The notes under the pieces are model-generated. The model was given only the letters and a program-made list of their open reading frames with translations. It was not told the origin of the DNA and made no database searches. 64,000 nucleotides of DNA from NCBI GenBank assembly GCA_016861265.1, contig BOLA01000001.1:395569-459568 (forward strand), in the 5' to 3' direction. A program made the translations under genes and the position numbers. Shown one piece after another: positions 29,462 through 39,873 of this stretch (position 1 is its first letter; every line of letters begins with the position of its first letter). Source of the DNA: Patescibacteria group bacterium. GTDB taxonomy: Bacteria > Patescibacteriota > Dojkabacteria > J137.

Positions 29462-31538
29462 TTATTAACCCAATTGAAGTAATCATAGTTCTATCAGCAC
29501 TCTCAGTTGAGTAGAAATCAATTCGAAGTTTATTAGATTCACAATTGAGTTTTACAGGTTTATCTAACGAATCTGTTTGCGAATATACGTATTCAATATT
29601 ATTCTCACTAGAACTTATACAGTCAACACCAAGGCTGTCATTTTTACCGTAGGCTCTGAATGTTAAATATACATAATCAAATTCTGTATCTGAAATAACT
29701 TCCAGGGACGATTTCTTATCAACACTAACGGGAGAAATATTAAAAACGGGAGTCGAATCTGTAGGTTTTTTAATCTGTACTTCAAGTAACTTAGTATCTA
29801 TGTTCATTCCGTTGCTGACCCGATTACCAGAGAAATCAGTAAAGTAACCCTGATAGTCATTTACTGAATTATTTATCTTATAAAGTTTATAACCTTCTTC
29901 ATCCATTACTAATTCTAAATCTGGGTTTTCAATTTTACCTGTATAAGTTGGATTAACAATAACATGGGTTACACCCATTTCTTTAAGCTTTATTAAACCA
30001 ATATCATTTAGGTGATCTTCAAACAAGTGCTTATTGAAATTGTAATCTTTAGGTTCAAACCCACTGTATCCATTTACAATTGGTTTAAAGTGTATTCCTC
30101 CATAATAAATGTATTTTGTAGTTTCAAAAGGACCAACGTCAATAGGAAGTTCCAAGATGGCTTTCACTGTGGAATCGTTTTTAACCTGATTATAGACCTG
30201 TGGTGTTTTGGCAACATCTTCGTAGCTAAAGAAATTATGATATGGGTAATATTCGCCAAGTATGAACACACTTACAATGGCAGTGAATGCTATTGCCCAC
30301 TTTCTACTTTTAAATTTAGATAATATTCTTGCGAAACCAAAGCCAGCAAGAATTCCTAGGAACATAAAGACCACGGTTGCGAACCTCCCCGTAACTCTAA
30401 TAAAGCGAATAGGCGGCAGCAAGTTAAAGACAAACCAATAAAGCAATGGTACCCTAGTTACCATATCGCTTAAATGTAGAAAAGGTCCAAAAGATAATAA
30501 TACAAAGAAGAGTCCAATGGCTGCAAAAATTAGTTTGGTTTTATCAATCTTAACCTTGAAACCATAAGATGTTCTTTTAAAAGAAAAAATTGCAATTATT
30601 GATAGCACTAGTGCAATATAACCTAAGAAGTTTATATTTTCTTGCCACCTATCTTTAGTTATTTTTAACCACGGTAACACTACTCCACCAATAAATGTAT
30701 TGGGTGGTGGCATTAAGTATCCGCCAATATCGGCAGAGTAAATCTTCAATTCATTAATTGTATATGCCGACTGATTCTCTTTATTAAATGCAAAATACGG
30801 CAGTGCGAATGGAAGAATTATAATTAGATTGGCCGCAATCATTACCCCAAATCTAATTAGATCTTTTTTTGCCAACTGCTTTTTATAAATAAAATAAGCC
30901 ACTAATAGCACAAACATGGCCCAAATAAAAATCATGTGGTACCAACTTGTTAATGACATTAGTAATAAAGAAGCTCCTACTCCCAACAAGAATTTAGTCT
31001 TCTTATTCTCAAAGTACCTAAATAGGAAGTAAATCACCAATGGGATATAAAATACAAGCATGTTCTGTAAGTGGCTGAAGTTGGCTATTCTATATGAACA
31101 GTAACCAAAAATTATTCCTGCCACTATTCCAGCAAGTCTTCGTTTTGTTAAATATTTAACTAGAATATATGCGCAGAATGCATTTAATGTATATCCTAGA
31201 ATCATTAAAAAGTTAAAAGATGCTGCAGGATTACCATTAGTTATTAACCATACTGGAATTGCCAAGATACTGCCAGCAATAAAATGCTCGCTATAAGTTA
31301 GGGTGTTTGAATTGGGATAATAAATATTTGCATTGTAAATATTCAGAGGATCAGTAAGTAACTTGTGAATATCCCAAGATACTGTCCATGCAAGTAATCT
31401 ACCGTCATTTTTTTCAATCTGAGTGGAAAATCCCGTAAATATTGTAGGGTTTATTACAAATGTAATACCTAGAAAGAAGATAAGAGGTAAAAAATATGTA
31501 ATTAAAAAATTCTTAAAGATACTTTTTCTTGTAATCAT
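29451..31538 (-). CDS. large polytopic membrane protein (GT-C / YfhO-like) with C-terminal soluble domain
   Basis: 695 aa, with an N-terminal TM bundle of about 450 aa and then a soluble C-terminal domain. Overlaps the downstream paralog by 11 nt. Confidence 0.45.
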   Translation of the reverse strand: MITRKSIFKNFLITYFLPLIFFLGITFVINPTIFTGFSTQIEKNDGRLLAWTVSWDIHKLLTDPLNIYNANIYYPNSNTLTYSEHFIAGSILAIPVWLITNGNPAASFNFLMILGYTLNAFCAYILVKYLTKRRLAGIVAGIIFGYCSYRIANFSHLQNMLVFYIPLVIYFLFRYFENKKTKFLLGVGASLLLMSLTSWYHMIFIWAMFVLLVAYFIYKKQLAKKDLIRFGVMIAANLIIILPFALPYFAFNKENQSAYTINELKIYSADIGGYLMPPPNTFIGGVVLPWLKITKDRWQENINFLGYIALVLSIIAIFSFKRTSYGFKVKIDKTKLIFAAIGLFFVLLSFGPFLHLSDMVTRVPLLYWFVFNLLPPIRFIRVTGRFATVVFMFLGILAGFGFARILSKFKSRKWAIAFTAIVSVFILGEYYPYHNFFSYEDVAKTPQVYNQVKNDSTVKAILELPIDVGPFETTKYIYYGGIHFKPIVNGYSGFEPKDYNFNKHLFEDHLNDIGLIKLKEMGVTHVIVNPTYTGKIENPDLELVMDEEGYKLYKINNSVNDYQGYFTDFSGNRVSNGMNIDTKLLEVQIKKPTDSTPVFNISPVSVDKKSSLEVISDTEFDYVYLTFRAYGKNDSLGVDCISSSENNIEYVYSQTDSLDKPVKLNCESNKLRIDFYSTESADRTMITSIGLINEK

Positions 31539-31564
31539 ACAACTTTACTAAGCTTTAAATATAA

Positions 31565-32758
31565 CTATAAATTTATATTCAACTTTAGCAGTATTGACTT
31601 TAGTTGCAAATGCATATTTGCTTTTGAATATTTCTTCGAAGAAAGAATTGCTTTTTTTGACAACTCCCTAACCAATTCTTCATTTGCAATTAATTTAGCA
31701 GTCTTATTAATTAATTCAGATTTTGAATTCCATAAGAATCCATTTTTACCATCTTCTACAATCTCCACCTGTCCTCCCTGTGCAATTACAACTGGAACTG
31801 CACCTGCAGCCATAGATTCCACAGTGGTCATTCCAAAATGCTCGAATCTATCCGGGAATTTTCTTGGATTTTCACCAAATCCAGATGCATGCCAGAAGAT
31901 CTTAGCCTTTGAATATATATCTTTTAGGTCTGAGAATGCGATATTTTCATGAATAAAGATTGGATAACCTACTGCTTCTTCCTCACATCTTTTCAAGTAT
32001 TCGGCACTTAGCTCATCGTGGTGAACACTTCCGCATAAATGATATTCGTATTTTTTAGCCTCAGGATTTTTATCGTAGAGTTCCTTAAATATTTGAATCA
32101 TTTCAAGTTGTTTTTTATTATGACTATGAACAAAGAATCTACCTACACTCAAGATAATATTTTCTTTTTTCCCAGGTAAAAATTCATCTACATCTATTGG
32201 TGGATACAAGATCTCGCTATCTACGCCAAATTCTTTTTTTATCCATTTTTGAGTGTATCTTGAGTTCGCAATAAACATGTCATAGGTAGAAATATATTCT
32301 CTATCTAGTACGAAGTTATGTTGCGATTGATAGAATCTATTAATAAAATGAATACCTGTATCGTTAGTAAATCTGAAGAGAGTTTTATTCAATATGTTGT
32401 AGGTAAAGTATTTTACCCAAGCAGGAAATTTTCTATTCCATATTCTTGGGAACCATATCAGCATTGCACTTTTTTTGCATTGACTCTTTAACGTAGATAA
32501 ATAAGTGCAGTTTATAAAGAAATCATATTCAGCAGAAATTTCTGAATACTTTTCATGATCATGTTCAAGACCCATTGGTCTTATAGTTACACTAGAAAGA
32601 TCAAGGTTTAACTTATTACAAAGCACATCTTTATCTACATCTTCACTGCAGATAAATTCTACCTCGTGGTTCTTCGAAAGAAATTCAGCGACAACACCTA
32701 TATGTTTTTCGCCACCTCCCATAGTATGTAAATTAGCATTATAAATTCCTATTTTCAT
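31565..32758 (-). CDS. glycosyltransferase family 4
   Basis: C-terminal FGMTTVESMAAGAVPVV (E-x7-E GT4 motif). Confidence 0.7.
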   Translation of the reverse strand: MKIGIYNANLHTMGGGEKHIGVVAEFLSKNHEVEFICSEDVDKDVLCNKLNLDLSSVTIRPMGLEHDHEKYSEISAEYDFFINCTYLSTLKSQCKKSAMLIWFPRIWNRKFPAWVKYFTYNILNKTLFRFTNDTGIHFINRFYQSQHNFVLDREYISTYDMFIANSRYTQKWIKKEFGVDSEILYPPIDVDEFLPGKKENIILSVGRFFVHSHNKKQLEMIQIFKELYDKNPEAKKYEYHLCGSVHHDELSAEYLKRCEEEAVGYPIFIHENIAFSDLKDIYSKAKIFWHASGFGENPRKFPDRFEHFGMTTVESMAAGAVPVVIAQGGQVEIVEDGKNGFLWNSKSELINKTAKLIANEELVRELSKKAILSSKKYSKANMHLQLKSILLKLNINL

Positions 32759-35364
32759 TATACTGATTTAATAACATTGAATTTTTTTAGCAGGATTACC
32801 GGCAAGTTTCTGTAAAAAGTAACAGAGCTCTTCAGTATAACCTTTAACCTTGAATTGTGGTACCCGTTTCTGAGTTTAAATCTTAAGGCATCTTTTAACT
32901 CCCTCAACTCTATTTTTGTTAATTCTGCTAATGCATAAAGACTCGGTCTAATTCCAAAGTTCTTAATTACAAATGCAGGTTTATTCTTCCAAACATGATA
33001 GGTAAACAAAGGAGAATACTCAGTTGAACTACCTGCATGTATGTGCCTTACAACCGCCTTTGGTTGATACATTAACTTGTAACCTGCATGTCGTATTCTA
33101 AGACTCAAATCAGAATCTTCGTAATAAACAAAAAAGTACTCATCAAAGATGCCTACATTCTGTAGCGTTTCCGCTTTGAATAATACCGCTCCTCCGCATA
33201 TCATTTCTGCTTCCTTTATGTGATCATACTGTCCTTTGTCTATTTCGGCATTTCCATTTAAACTGCCGATATCGTAACCATTAAACTGTGCTGTAATTCC
33301 GGAAGAGGCGTTCTGAATTAAATCAAATTTATGCTCCTCTATTACTTCTCTTGGAATATTTACTAAATAGTTTTTTTTACCAGTTTTTAGCTCAAGAGAT
33401 TGTTTAAAATCGCCAATAGAAATTTTAATTGTATGATTTTCTATCTGTTCAGGACTTTCAATAGACAAAACTAGCTCGTAATCTTTGTCTAGTTTAACGC
33501 TTCCGATTGGCAAATCTATTACAAAGGTTTTGTCGGTCCAAGAATAATCCCCTTCCATTCCATAAAAACCTTCCCTCATAAATTTCTTTATGTAATGGGT
33601 ATGTTCAAACCTGCATTCACCTAAGTAGAATTTAATGCCAAGGTTTCTTGTGTCTTCTCCAATTCCAACTTCTTTTGGATTAAATGTTTGAGTGACGGCA
33701 CTTAATCTTACATATGGTTCGTAAAAAAGTAATTTCGAGGTCACCGCACCATAGTCTTTACTTTCTTTTGCTAATTCAATTAGGCTTTTAAGCCAGTCTT
33801 GAGTAACTTGTGTATCATCATTTAGTAGTACTACGTAATCATATGCACCGCTCTTAAGCACTTCTCTCATAACCGAGTTGTTTCCACCGGCAAATCCGCA
33901 GTTTTTTACATTCTTCTTTATATAAACTCTGGGAAATAAACTCTTTGTTAGTGCTAAACTATTTTCCTTCTCTGAATTATCGTATACAAAAATATCGAAT
34001 TCTCTGTGTGATTGTTCGTAAACTCTTTTTATTGCCTCAATTAACAGGCCTTCATTTTGCTCGCGAACAAAGCCTAAAATTACCGCAGCCTTATCTGGTT
34101 GTCTTGTGGTAATTCTGGTAGTTGCTTCAATTAAAAATTGTTTGTAAAAATCTGTATCGTTTTTATATAAAAATAAATCTTTTTCACTTTTAATAAAATC
34201 AGAATTTTCGGTAATGTTATTGTAATGGTTATGTGCTCCACCTTCGGTAGCGTTATTGTATCTAGGTTTTCGCTCTTCAAAGATCTTTCTCTTGGACTGA
34301 GTGCTCGATCTTAGAGGGTAATGCTTTAATAAAAAATTTAATGGATATACCTTTCTGCCTTCAAATAACACTTCATGACCAAAATGAAAACTTAAATCAA
34401 CTTCTTGTTTTAAATTTTTCCAGGCTTTTATTTGTAAAGTATGTCCCGCATTTCTTCCGAAATCAAAATGACTAAAGAATTCTTCTGGATTATCTGAGTT
34501 GCTAAATCCATCTCTTGTTGCTTCAAAGTTTAGAACTGTAAAATCAATTGCATTAAAACCTAAACTATCTACAAACGAGATTGAATCTTGGATATTACTA
34601 TTCAACCAAGGTGAAATTCTTATTTCATCAGAATCATAATGAATAATCCAGTCGTAGTCTTTGTTAATATTTGCTGTTGCCTTCAAATTTAATGTTTCCT
34701 TCCACATAAATTTATCTGAAGGTTTTTCAGGGAATTTTGTAATAAAAATTCTATTAGGATTTTCCTTGGCAAATTCTTCAATAAATTTTGCAGTGTTATC
34801 TGTAGACCAGTTATCAATTACGTGAACATCTACCTCTTGATTAAGTAAGTGTTGTAAAACTTGACTGATAATATCCTCATCGTTAAATGTAGAAACTGCA
34901 GCAAGAATCTTCTTTTTTTCAACGGATTTGATTCTTGTATATTTACCCGATAAAACAAAGTTAATGTTATTGTGACTACTTACAAAATCTTGATTTATGT
35001 TGTTTTCCTTTAATAAAGCGGAAAACTCTTGGCCCGATAAATTAGAACTAATCAACACTAAAGGCACTGAATCTATGTATTTACTCAGTAACTTTAATTT
35101 CTCAGAAAGCTGTTTAGTGGAGTTTTCGTCGATAAATAACACTAAATCGTCTACTTTGACGTTATTTAAATACTTATCCAGGTCTGTATTTACGTTTTGC
35201 AAATGTAGATCTGTCCTTGAATAACTTAAAGATTCCTTAACACCGTCAAAATTTGAAGTCGAAAACACGAGTTCTTTGGCATTTATAGCTTCTGAAAGAA
35301 ACTTTGCGTAGTCAATTAACTTTGCATATTTAGTTCTGCCCTCGGGTGTTAGTTTCTGGATCAT
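32758..35364 (-). CDS. multidomain glycosyltransferase with two tandem GT2 domains
   Basis: Two GT2-like modules (ILAAVSTFNDEDII...VIDNWSTDNT and AAVILGFVREQNEGLL...IFVYDNSEKE) in one 868-aa ORF. Confidence 0.65.
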   Translation of the reverse strand: MIQKLTPEGRTKYAKLIDYAKFLSEAINAKELVFSTSNFDGVKESLSYSRTDLHLQNVNTDLDKYLNNVKVDDLVLFIDENSTKQLSEKLKLLSKYIDSVPLVLISSNLSGQEFSALLKENNINQDFVSSHNNINFVLSGKYTRIKSVEKKKILAAVSTFNDEDIISQVLQHLLNQEVDVHVIDNWSTDNTAKFIEEFAKENPNRIFITKFPEKPSDKFMWKETLNLKATANINKDYDWIIHYDSDEIRISPWLNSNIQDSISFVDSLGFNAIDFTVLNFEATRDGFSNSDNPEEFFSHFDFGRNAGHTLQIKAWKNLKQEVDLSFHFGHEVLFEGRKVYPLNFLLKHYPLRSSTQSKRKIFEERKPRYNNATEGGAHNHYNNITENSDFIKSEKDLFLYKNDTDFYKQFLIEATTRITTRQPDKAAVILGFVREQNEGLLIEAIKRVYEQSHREFDIFVYDNSEKENSLALTKSLFPRVYIKKNVKNCGFAGGNNSVMREVLKSGAYDYVVLLNDDTQVTQDWLKSLIELAKESKDYGAVTSKLLFYEPYVRLSAVTQTFNPKEVGIGEDTRNLGIKFYLGECRFEHTHYIKKFMREGFYGMEGDYSWTDKTFVIDLPIGSVKLDKDYELVLSIESPEQIENHTIKISIGDFKQSLELKTGKKNYLVNIPREVIEEHKFDLIQNASSGITAQFNGYDIGSLNGNAEIDKGQYDHIKEAEMICGGAVLFKAETLQNVGIFDEYFFVYYEDSDLSLRIRHAGYKLMYQPKAVVRHIHAGSSTEYSPLFTYHVWKNKPAFVIKNFGIRPSLYALAELTKIELRELKDALRFKLRNGYHNSRLKVILKSSVTFYRNLPVILLKKFNVIKSV

Positions 35365-35439
35365 TTTTTGTATTATTATTAGCTGTATTATAAAAGTCTA
35401 TTGTGTTTTTCACAACCCTTCTATAATTACACTTAGTTG

Positions 35440-36297
35440 TTAGGAAATTTTTCGTTTCCTAAAGAAATCTGTAATTTTCAAATTTCTAAAATGATCTTTT
35501 AGCGCTTTATTTTCCTTATTCAATCTATTGATCGTTTGATCGTAGTCATAAATTACGTCACTTGCTGCCTTCAAAACCTCAATTATATCAATATTTTTTA
35601 GTAGTAATTCATGTTTCTTCAAGATATATTCATATGTCGCATCTTTAAATGAGGTATTACTTCTTAGCATGGAGTTCTCCCTTATTCTGTAAAGAAACAA
35701 CACCTTATTTATTACCTCCCAGTCATATCCTCTTTCGACAGCAGAGAGCCAAAAATCCCAATCTTGCTTACCTCTTTTCATATTTTCATCATATCCACTA
35801 ACATCAACCCAAACCTTTCTTCTGAACATTGACGCAACATGAGGTACATTTTTCACCAACATTTCGGGAGTATTTTTCTTGATCTGGACTGTGGTATCAG
35901 GTCCATTTATCAATCCAAATGGCTGAAACCACGTCGTTACAAATCCATATGTAGGATTCTCTTCCAAGAATCGACTACAATCAGCTACAAATTCTGGGCA
36001 ATACTTATCATCAGCGTCAATGCAACAAATATATTTCCCTGTGGATCTAGATATTCCAAAATTTCTTGCAGCTGCTAGACCTTTATTTTTAGTTCTATAT
36101 AAAGTTACCCTCTTATCCCAAAAGTCCTTATATTTTTTCAACTTTTTAATAGATTTCACCTCTGTTGATCCATCATCAATTATTATTACTTCAAGATTCT
36201 TATAGGTCTGATTTAAGACAGAAGTCACAGTTTCATCAATAAAATCACCTAGATTATAGAAGGGTATGATTACACTTACTTTAAAGTTTTGCTCCAT
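35440..36297 (-). CDS. glycosyltransferase family 2
   Basis: VSVIIPFYNLGDFIDETVTSVLNQTYKNLEVIIIDDGSTE, the canonical GT2 N-terminus. Confidence 0.75.
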   Translation of the reverse strand: MEQNFKVSVIIPFYNLGDFIDETVTSVLNQTYKNLEVIIIDDGSTEVKSIKKLKKYKDFWDKRVTLYRTKNKGLAAARNFGISRSTGKYICCIDADDKYCPEFVADCSRFLEENPTYGFVTTWFQPFGLINGPDTTVQIKKNTPEMLVKNVPHVASMFRRKVWVDVSGYDENMKRGKQDWDFWLSAVERGYDWEVINKVLFLYRIRENSMLRSNTSFKDATYEYILKKHELLLKNIDIIEVLKAASDVIYDYDQTINRLNKENKALKDHFRNLKITDFFRKRKIS

Positions 36298-37201
36298 TAT
36301 TTAATGTTTGATTATATGTATATTTTAAATAGCTGGAACAAATTGTCCAGTTCCTGCTTTTCTTTGTTTCATCGGCAATAAATTTTCTTTTGTTACGAAC
36401 ATAGTTTAAATTTCTATTACACCAATTCAGTGCACTTTGAAGGTCTTCCACAGTTCGTTGCTCTAATATAATTCCATTATTATAATTCTGTATCAACTCG
36501 GGAACAATACCTACATCTGTCGAAACAGGAAAGCATCCGGTTGCCATGCTTTCGAAAAGAGGAATTGGCTCTCCTTCATTTTTTGATCCAACCAATAATA
36601 CGTCTATGGAGTTATAAAATTTATTCATTTCAGTATGTGTTACATTACCAGGTGCTAACTTAATCTCAAATTTATTTCTTATAGCAGGTTCAATAATATC
36701 TTGATATCCTTTAATTGGATCAGAGATCCTTCCAGCCCAGCCTAGCTTCAAACCACCATTAATATTTCCCATTCTAAAAAATTTTGAGGTATCATAGCCA
36801 TTAGGTACAAAAAAAATATTATTACTTACTTCATTAAAAATATTATATAAACGCTTGGAAACTGTTATAACACTATCTGCATCGTTTAAATAAACCTCCT
36901 TAACTTCCCTAGGAGACTTTGGCCCAATAGGGGGAGTATCTTCCCACCTATGACTTGAGATCTCTTTTATAACTTTGGCTCCTTTCAAATCAAAGTTTTT
37001 ATAATAATCATCTGCGTAAAAGAAAATGTGAAGTAGGTCAAAATCATACCTATTAAGATCAGGTTTAAGTTCCGAATATACAATCTCAAAATCAAAATCT
37101 TTTCTAAGATACGGAATGAAACCTTTCGCACAATTATCAAATGCCCAATCCGGAACGTCTACCATTAACAGTATTTTAGGTTTGGATTTGAAAAATAGCA
37201 T
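36281..37201 (-). CDS. glycosyltransferase-like protein (GT-B C-terminal half-like)
   Basis: 306 aa. It lies in the GT operon and overlaps the upstream GT2 by 17 nt. Motifs are weak. Confidence 0.4.
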   Translation of the reverse strand: MLFFKSKPKILLMVDVPDWAFDNCAKGFIPYLRKDFDFEIVYSELKPDLNRYDFDLLHIFFYADDYYKNFDLKGAKVIKEISSHRWEDTPPIGPKSPREVKEVYLNDADSVITVSKRLYNIFNEVSNNIFFVPNGYDTSKFFRMGNINGGLKLGWAGRISDPIKGYQDIIEPAIRNKFEIKLAPGNVTHTEMNKFYNSIDVLLVGSKNEGEPIPLFESMATGCFPVSTDVGIVPELIQNYNNGIILEQRTVEDLQSALNWCNRNLNYVRNKRKFIADETKKSRNWTICSSYLKYTYNQTLNNGAKL

Positions 37202-37279
37202 ATTTTAAAATAATATTAAGTAATAATTACAAATGGATTAGCATATTAGAGGTGGTCATATGGCCACCTCTCTATCAGA

Positions 37280-38029
37280 TCATTGTATGTAGAACCTGGA
37301 TTCTCCTGTTATATTACTTTCAGATTGAATCATTATTGTACCTGAGGCGCTACAACTATAATTATTGTAGTTACCCTGAAGTATTGGGTTGGAACCACTA
37401 CATCCGCTCTGTTCATTAGCTGTAAAAATTATAGGTGTTCCGTACCCTATATAGCAATACGTTACCGTTTGCCCATTCTCTTGCCTGTGCATCATACATC
37501 CACTCGTACCTTGATCATATTCATCGAAATAGTAACCACTCATTGTAATTCTATCTGGATCGTTTGTACCTTGTTTGCTTTCAAATCTCAAGTGCAGATG
37601 CGTACCATCAGAGTTTCCACATCCATCGGAGAAGGGTCCTGAATACAACTCTCCTAACTTCTGTCCTTTCGTAACTGTCTGACCATTACTAACATTAACA
37701 TGATTTTTGTCTAAGTGATAAAACTGCATTTCATAACCATTGAATTCTATTACCAAATTTGTTGAATAGTTGCAAACATCTTTGTGCGTTACAACTCCAT
37801 CCTCAGGGGAGACAATATTCGCAACACTAGTATCACTTCTTTGAACATCTATAGCATAATTATCACCCGAAACCCAATTGTGGGAAGAATTATAATATAA
37901 TCCCTGTGCATGCCATGTTTGGGAAAATTTTAAATCTAAATTATCTTCAAATGGGAAACGATAGTTTGCACTGACAATATGTTGAGTAAAAAGCGAGAAT
38001 AGGACTAATATAAGAATTAGCGTTTTCAT
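37280..38029 (-). CDS. secreted M23-family (LytM-like) metallopeptidase-like protein
   Basis: Signal peptide. YAIDV...GVV...FYHLDKNHVNVSNGQTVTKGQKLGEL...GNSDGTHLHLRFE follows the M23 motif order (HL...GQ.IG...G.TG.STGPHLHFE). Confidence 0.55.
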   Translation of the reverse strand: MKTLILILVLFSLFTQHIVSANYRFPFEDNLDLKFSQTWHAQGLYYNSSHNWVSGDNYAIDVQRSDTSVANIVSPEDGVVTHKDVCNYSTNLVIEFNGYEMQFYHLDKNHVNVSNGQTVTKGQKLGELYSGPFSDGCGNSDGTHLHLRFESKQGTNDPDRITMSGYYFDEYDQGTSGCMMHRQENGQTVTYCYIGYGTPIIFTANEQSGCSGSNPILQGNYNNYSCSASGTIMIQSESNITGESRFYIQ

Positions 38030-38817
38030 TTTAAATTCTTTAAACTATTAAGTATGATATTTTTTAAAGTATCTGCTTCTATGCTGTTCTCAGTGTTTTT
38101 TGTCTCGATGAATGACTGATATGTATCTGATGTAGCATAATCAATATCCCAATTTTCAAGATTCTCAAACGCCCTGCCATCTATTGTTTGTCTATCATAT
38201 TTACTATATAGAGTATAAAAATTTAGCTGAGTTTCATATCCGAAAGGGGTCTTCTGAAGATAGACTATATCTAACAGAGGGTAATCTCTGTAATATTTAC
38301 TATTTTCAAATATTTTGATAATAGATTTGAGAAAAGAACTCTCATTCTTAACAACTACATCTTTTGAGATTCGGATAAATCGTTTCTCTTTTTCATTAAT
38401 TAAAAATAATCGAGTACTTCCTTTGTAATATTTTGTAAGAAAGTTGTTGTCATAAATTTCTATAAAGTTATCCTGCTCAAATTCATAAGTTACCCATTCC
38501 TTGTTACTATAATCCACTACAGAATATTTACTATAATTTTGAGGAACGAGTAACTTTTCTATTAACTTTGATCTCACCTCATCTGGTAATACAGTAATGG
38601 TATTTTTAATTGGAATATCATCCCTTTCGATATTACTTCCACTAATGAACTCTATGAACTTTTGTTGAAGCTCCAATTCGTCTCCTTCATCACCACCTGT
38701 ACCAGTGGAGATATTTTCTATAGTACTATCATTACTGTTACTTACTTTAGTATACGTAAGATATAAGATAGATACTATAGCAATGATGATGCTCGTTGCA
38801 GCAAGAAATTTTCTCAT
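38026..38817 (-). CDS. hypothetical exported/membrane-anchored protein
   Basis: N-terminal hydrophobic anchor and no motif. Sandwiched in an operon between the M23-like and tail-fibre-like genes. Confidence 0.4.
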   Translation of the reverse strand: MRKFLAATSIIIAIVSILYLTYTKVSNSNDSTIENISTGTGGDEGDELELQQKFIEFISGSNIERDDIPIKNTITVLPDEVRSKLIEKLLVPQNYSKYSVVDYSNKEWVTYEFEQDNFIEIYDNNFLTKYYKGSTRLFLINEKEKRFIRISKDVVVKNESSFLKSIIKIFENSKYYRDYPLLDIVYLQKTPFGYETQLNFYTLYSKYDRQTIDGRAFENLENWDIDYATSDTYQSFIETKNTENSIEADTLKNIILNSLKNLK

Positions 38818-38835
38818 GTTTGTAATCTATAACAA

Positions 38836-39747
38836 TTATTTCTGAAGGCTCAACAATGTTTCTCTAAGTTGTGCATTCTCCTCCTCGATCCTATTCATCC
38901 TCTCATCTAAGTTTATTAGATATAGGGTTAACTCTTCAATTTTTTCCATCTGTTTTTGTTGCATGTCCCCTAGTGACAGCCCATTCTCCTCGATATCTTT
39001 TGCAGCTGGTATTCCAGGTAGATGTTTATTTTTACTAATATAATTTTTTACCTCTGCTAAAGTTCTTAGTCTATAAGTACTCTCAAATACGTAATCTGCC
39101 CATACATTTGATGTAACCTTAACCTCATTAGCTTTAATTTTCCCAGGCACTATGAGCGCACCTCCATTTGTGGTGATGACAACATTGGCTCCAGATATTT
39201 CATTGGCTATTGTAAAATTATCGTCACTTGAATTTCCATAACCAGTCCATGCTTTCCTCCCCGAACTATAGCCATCGGGATACCACCTTATGTATGAATG
39301 TGTACCGCCTTCAAGTGTTAACATTCCTGCTGTAGAACCTTTAATATGTAGTTGAGACTGTGGGCTAGTAGTTCCTAGACCAACGTTTCCAGTAGTATCT
39401 ATTAGTAAACTTGGTGTACTACTAGCGTGGGTTGCTACAGAGAACTTATCTCCAGAGCCAGTTTGAATAGTTACATTTGTTGCTGAAGTTGGAATATCAT
39501 AACTTGAGAAAATCTTTAAATCAGCATAATCAGCGTCATTTCGAATTGCAAAGTTTAATCCAGTAGTTGACTGCTTAATCTGTAGTTTTGTAGACGGGAC
39601 ATCTGTTCCGATACCTACATTACCATCATTATAATATATTACATTTCCTGTGGAAGACCATTGTCCCGCAGTGGCTAATATTGGAAGATTTATAAAGAAG
39701 GTCCCTAAAAGTAGAGCTGTAATAATATATTTTTTATCTAGTTTCAT
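38836..39747 (-). CDS. secreted tail-fibre-like protein with S74-type C-terminal intramolecular chaperone-like module
   Basis: Signal peptide and two GNVG(I/L)GT..P...L.IK.ST repeats, as in tail-fibre-domain proteins. The C-terminus ESTYRLRTL...HLPGIP...GLSLGDM...EELTLYLINLDERMNRIEEEN follows the S74 chaperone pattern (S-x-x-RLK, lPelv, coiled coil). Confidence 0.5.
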   Translation of the reverse strand: MKLDKKYIITALLLGTFFINLPILATAGQWSSTGNVIYYNDGNVGIGTDVPSTKLQIKQSTTGLNFAIRNDADYADLKIFSSYDIPTSATNVTIQTGSGDKFSVATHASSTPSLLIDTTGNVGLGTTSPQSQLHIKGSTAGMLTLEGGTHSYIRWYPDGYSSGRKAWTGYGNSSDDNFTIANEISGANVVITTNGGALIVPGKIKANEVKVTSNVWADYVFESTYRLRTLAEVKNYISKNKHLPGIPAAKDIEENGLSLGDMQQKQMEKIEELTLYLINLDERMNRIEEENAQLRETLLSLQK

Positions 39748-39873
39748 ATTTATAAATAAAAGGTAAGGAATGTAAGAAGAGAATAACTATGGAGGATGTT
39801 CGGTGATAATCATTATTTAATATAACCACTCACATGGTAATCTACTCGGGCAGTAATTTCAATTTATAGCAAA

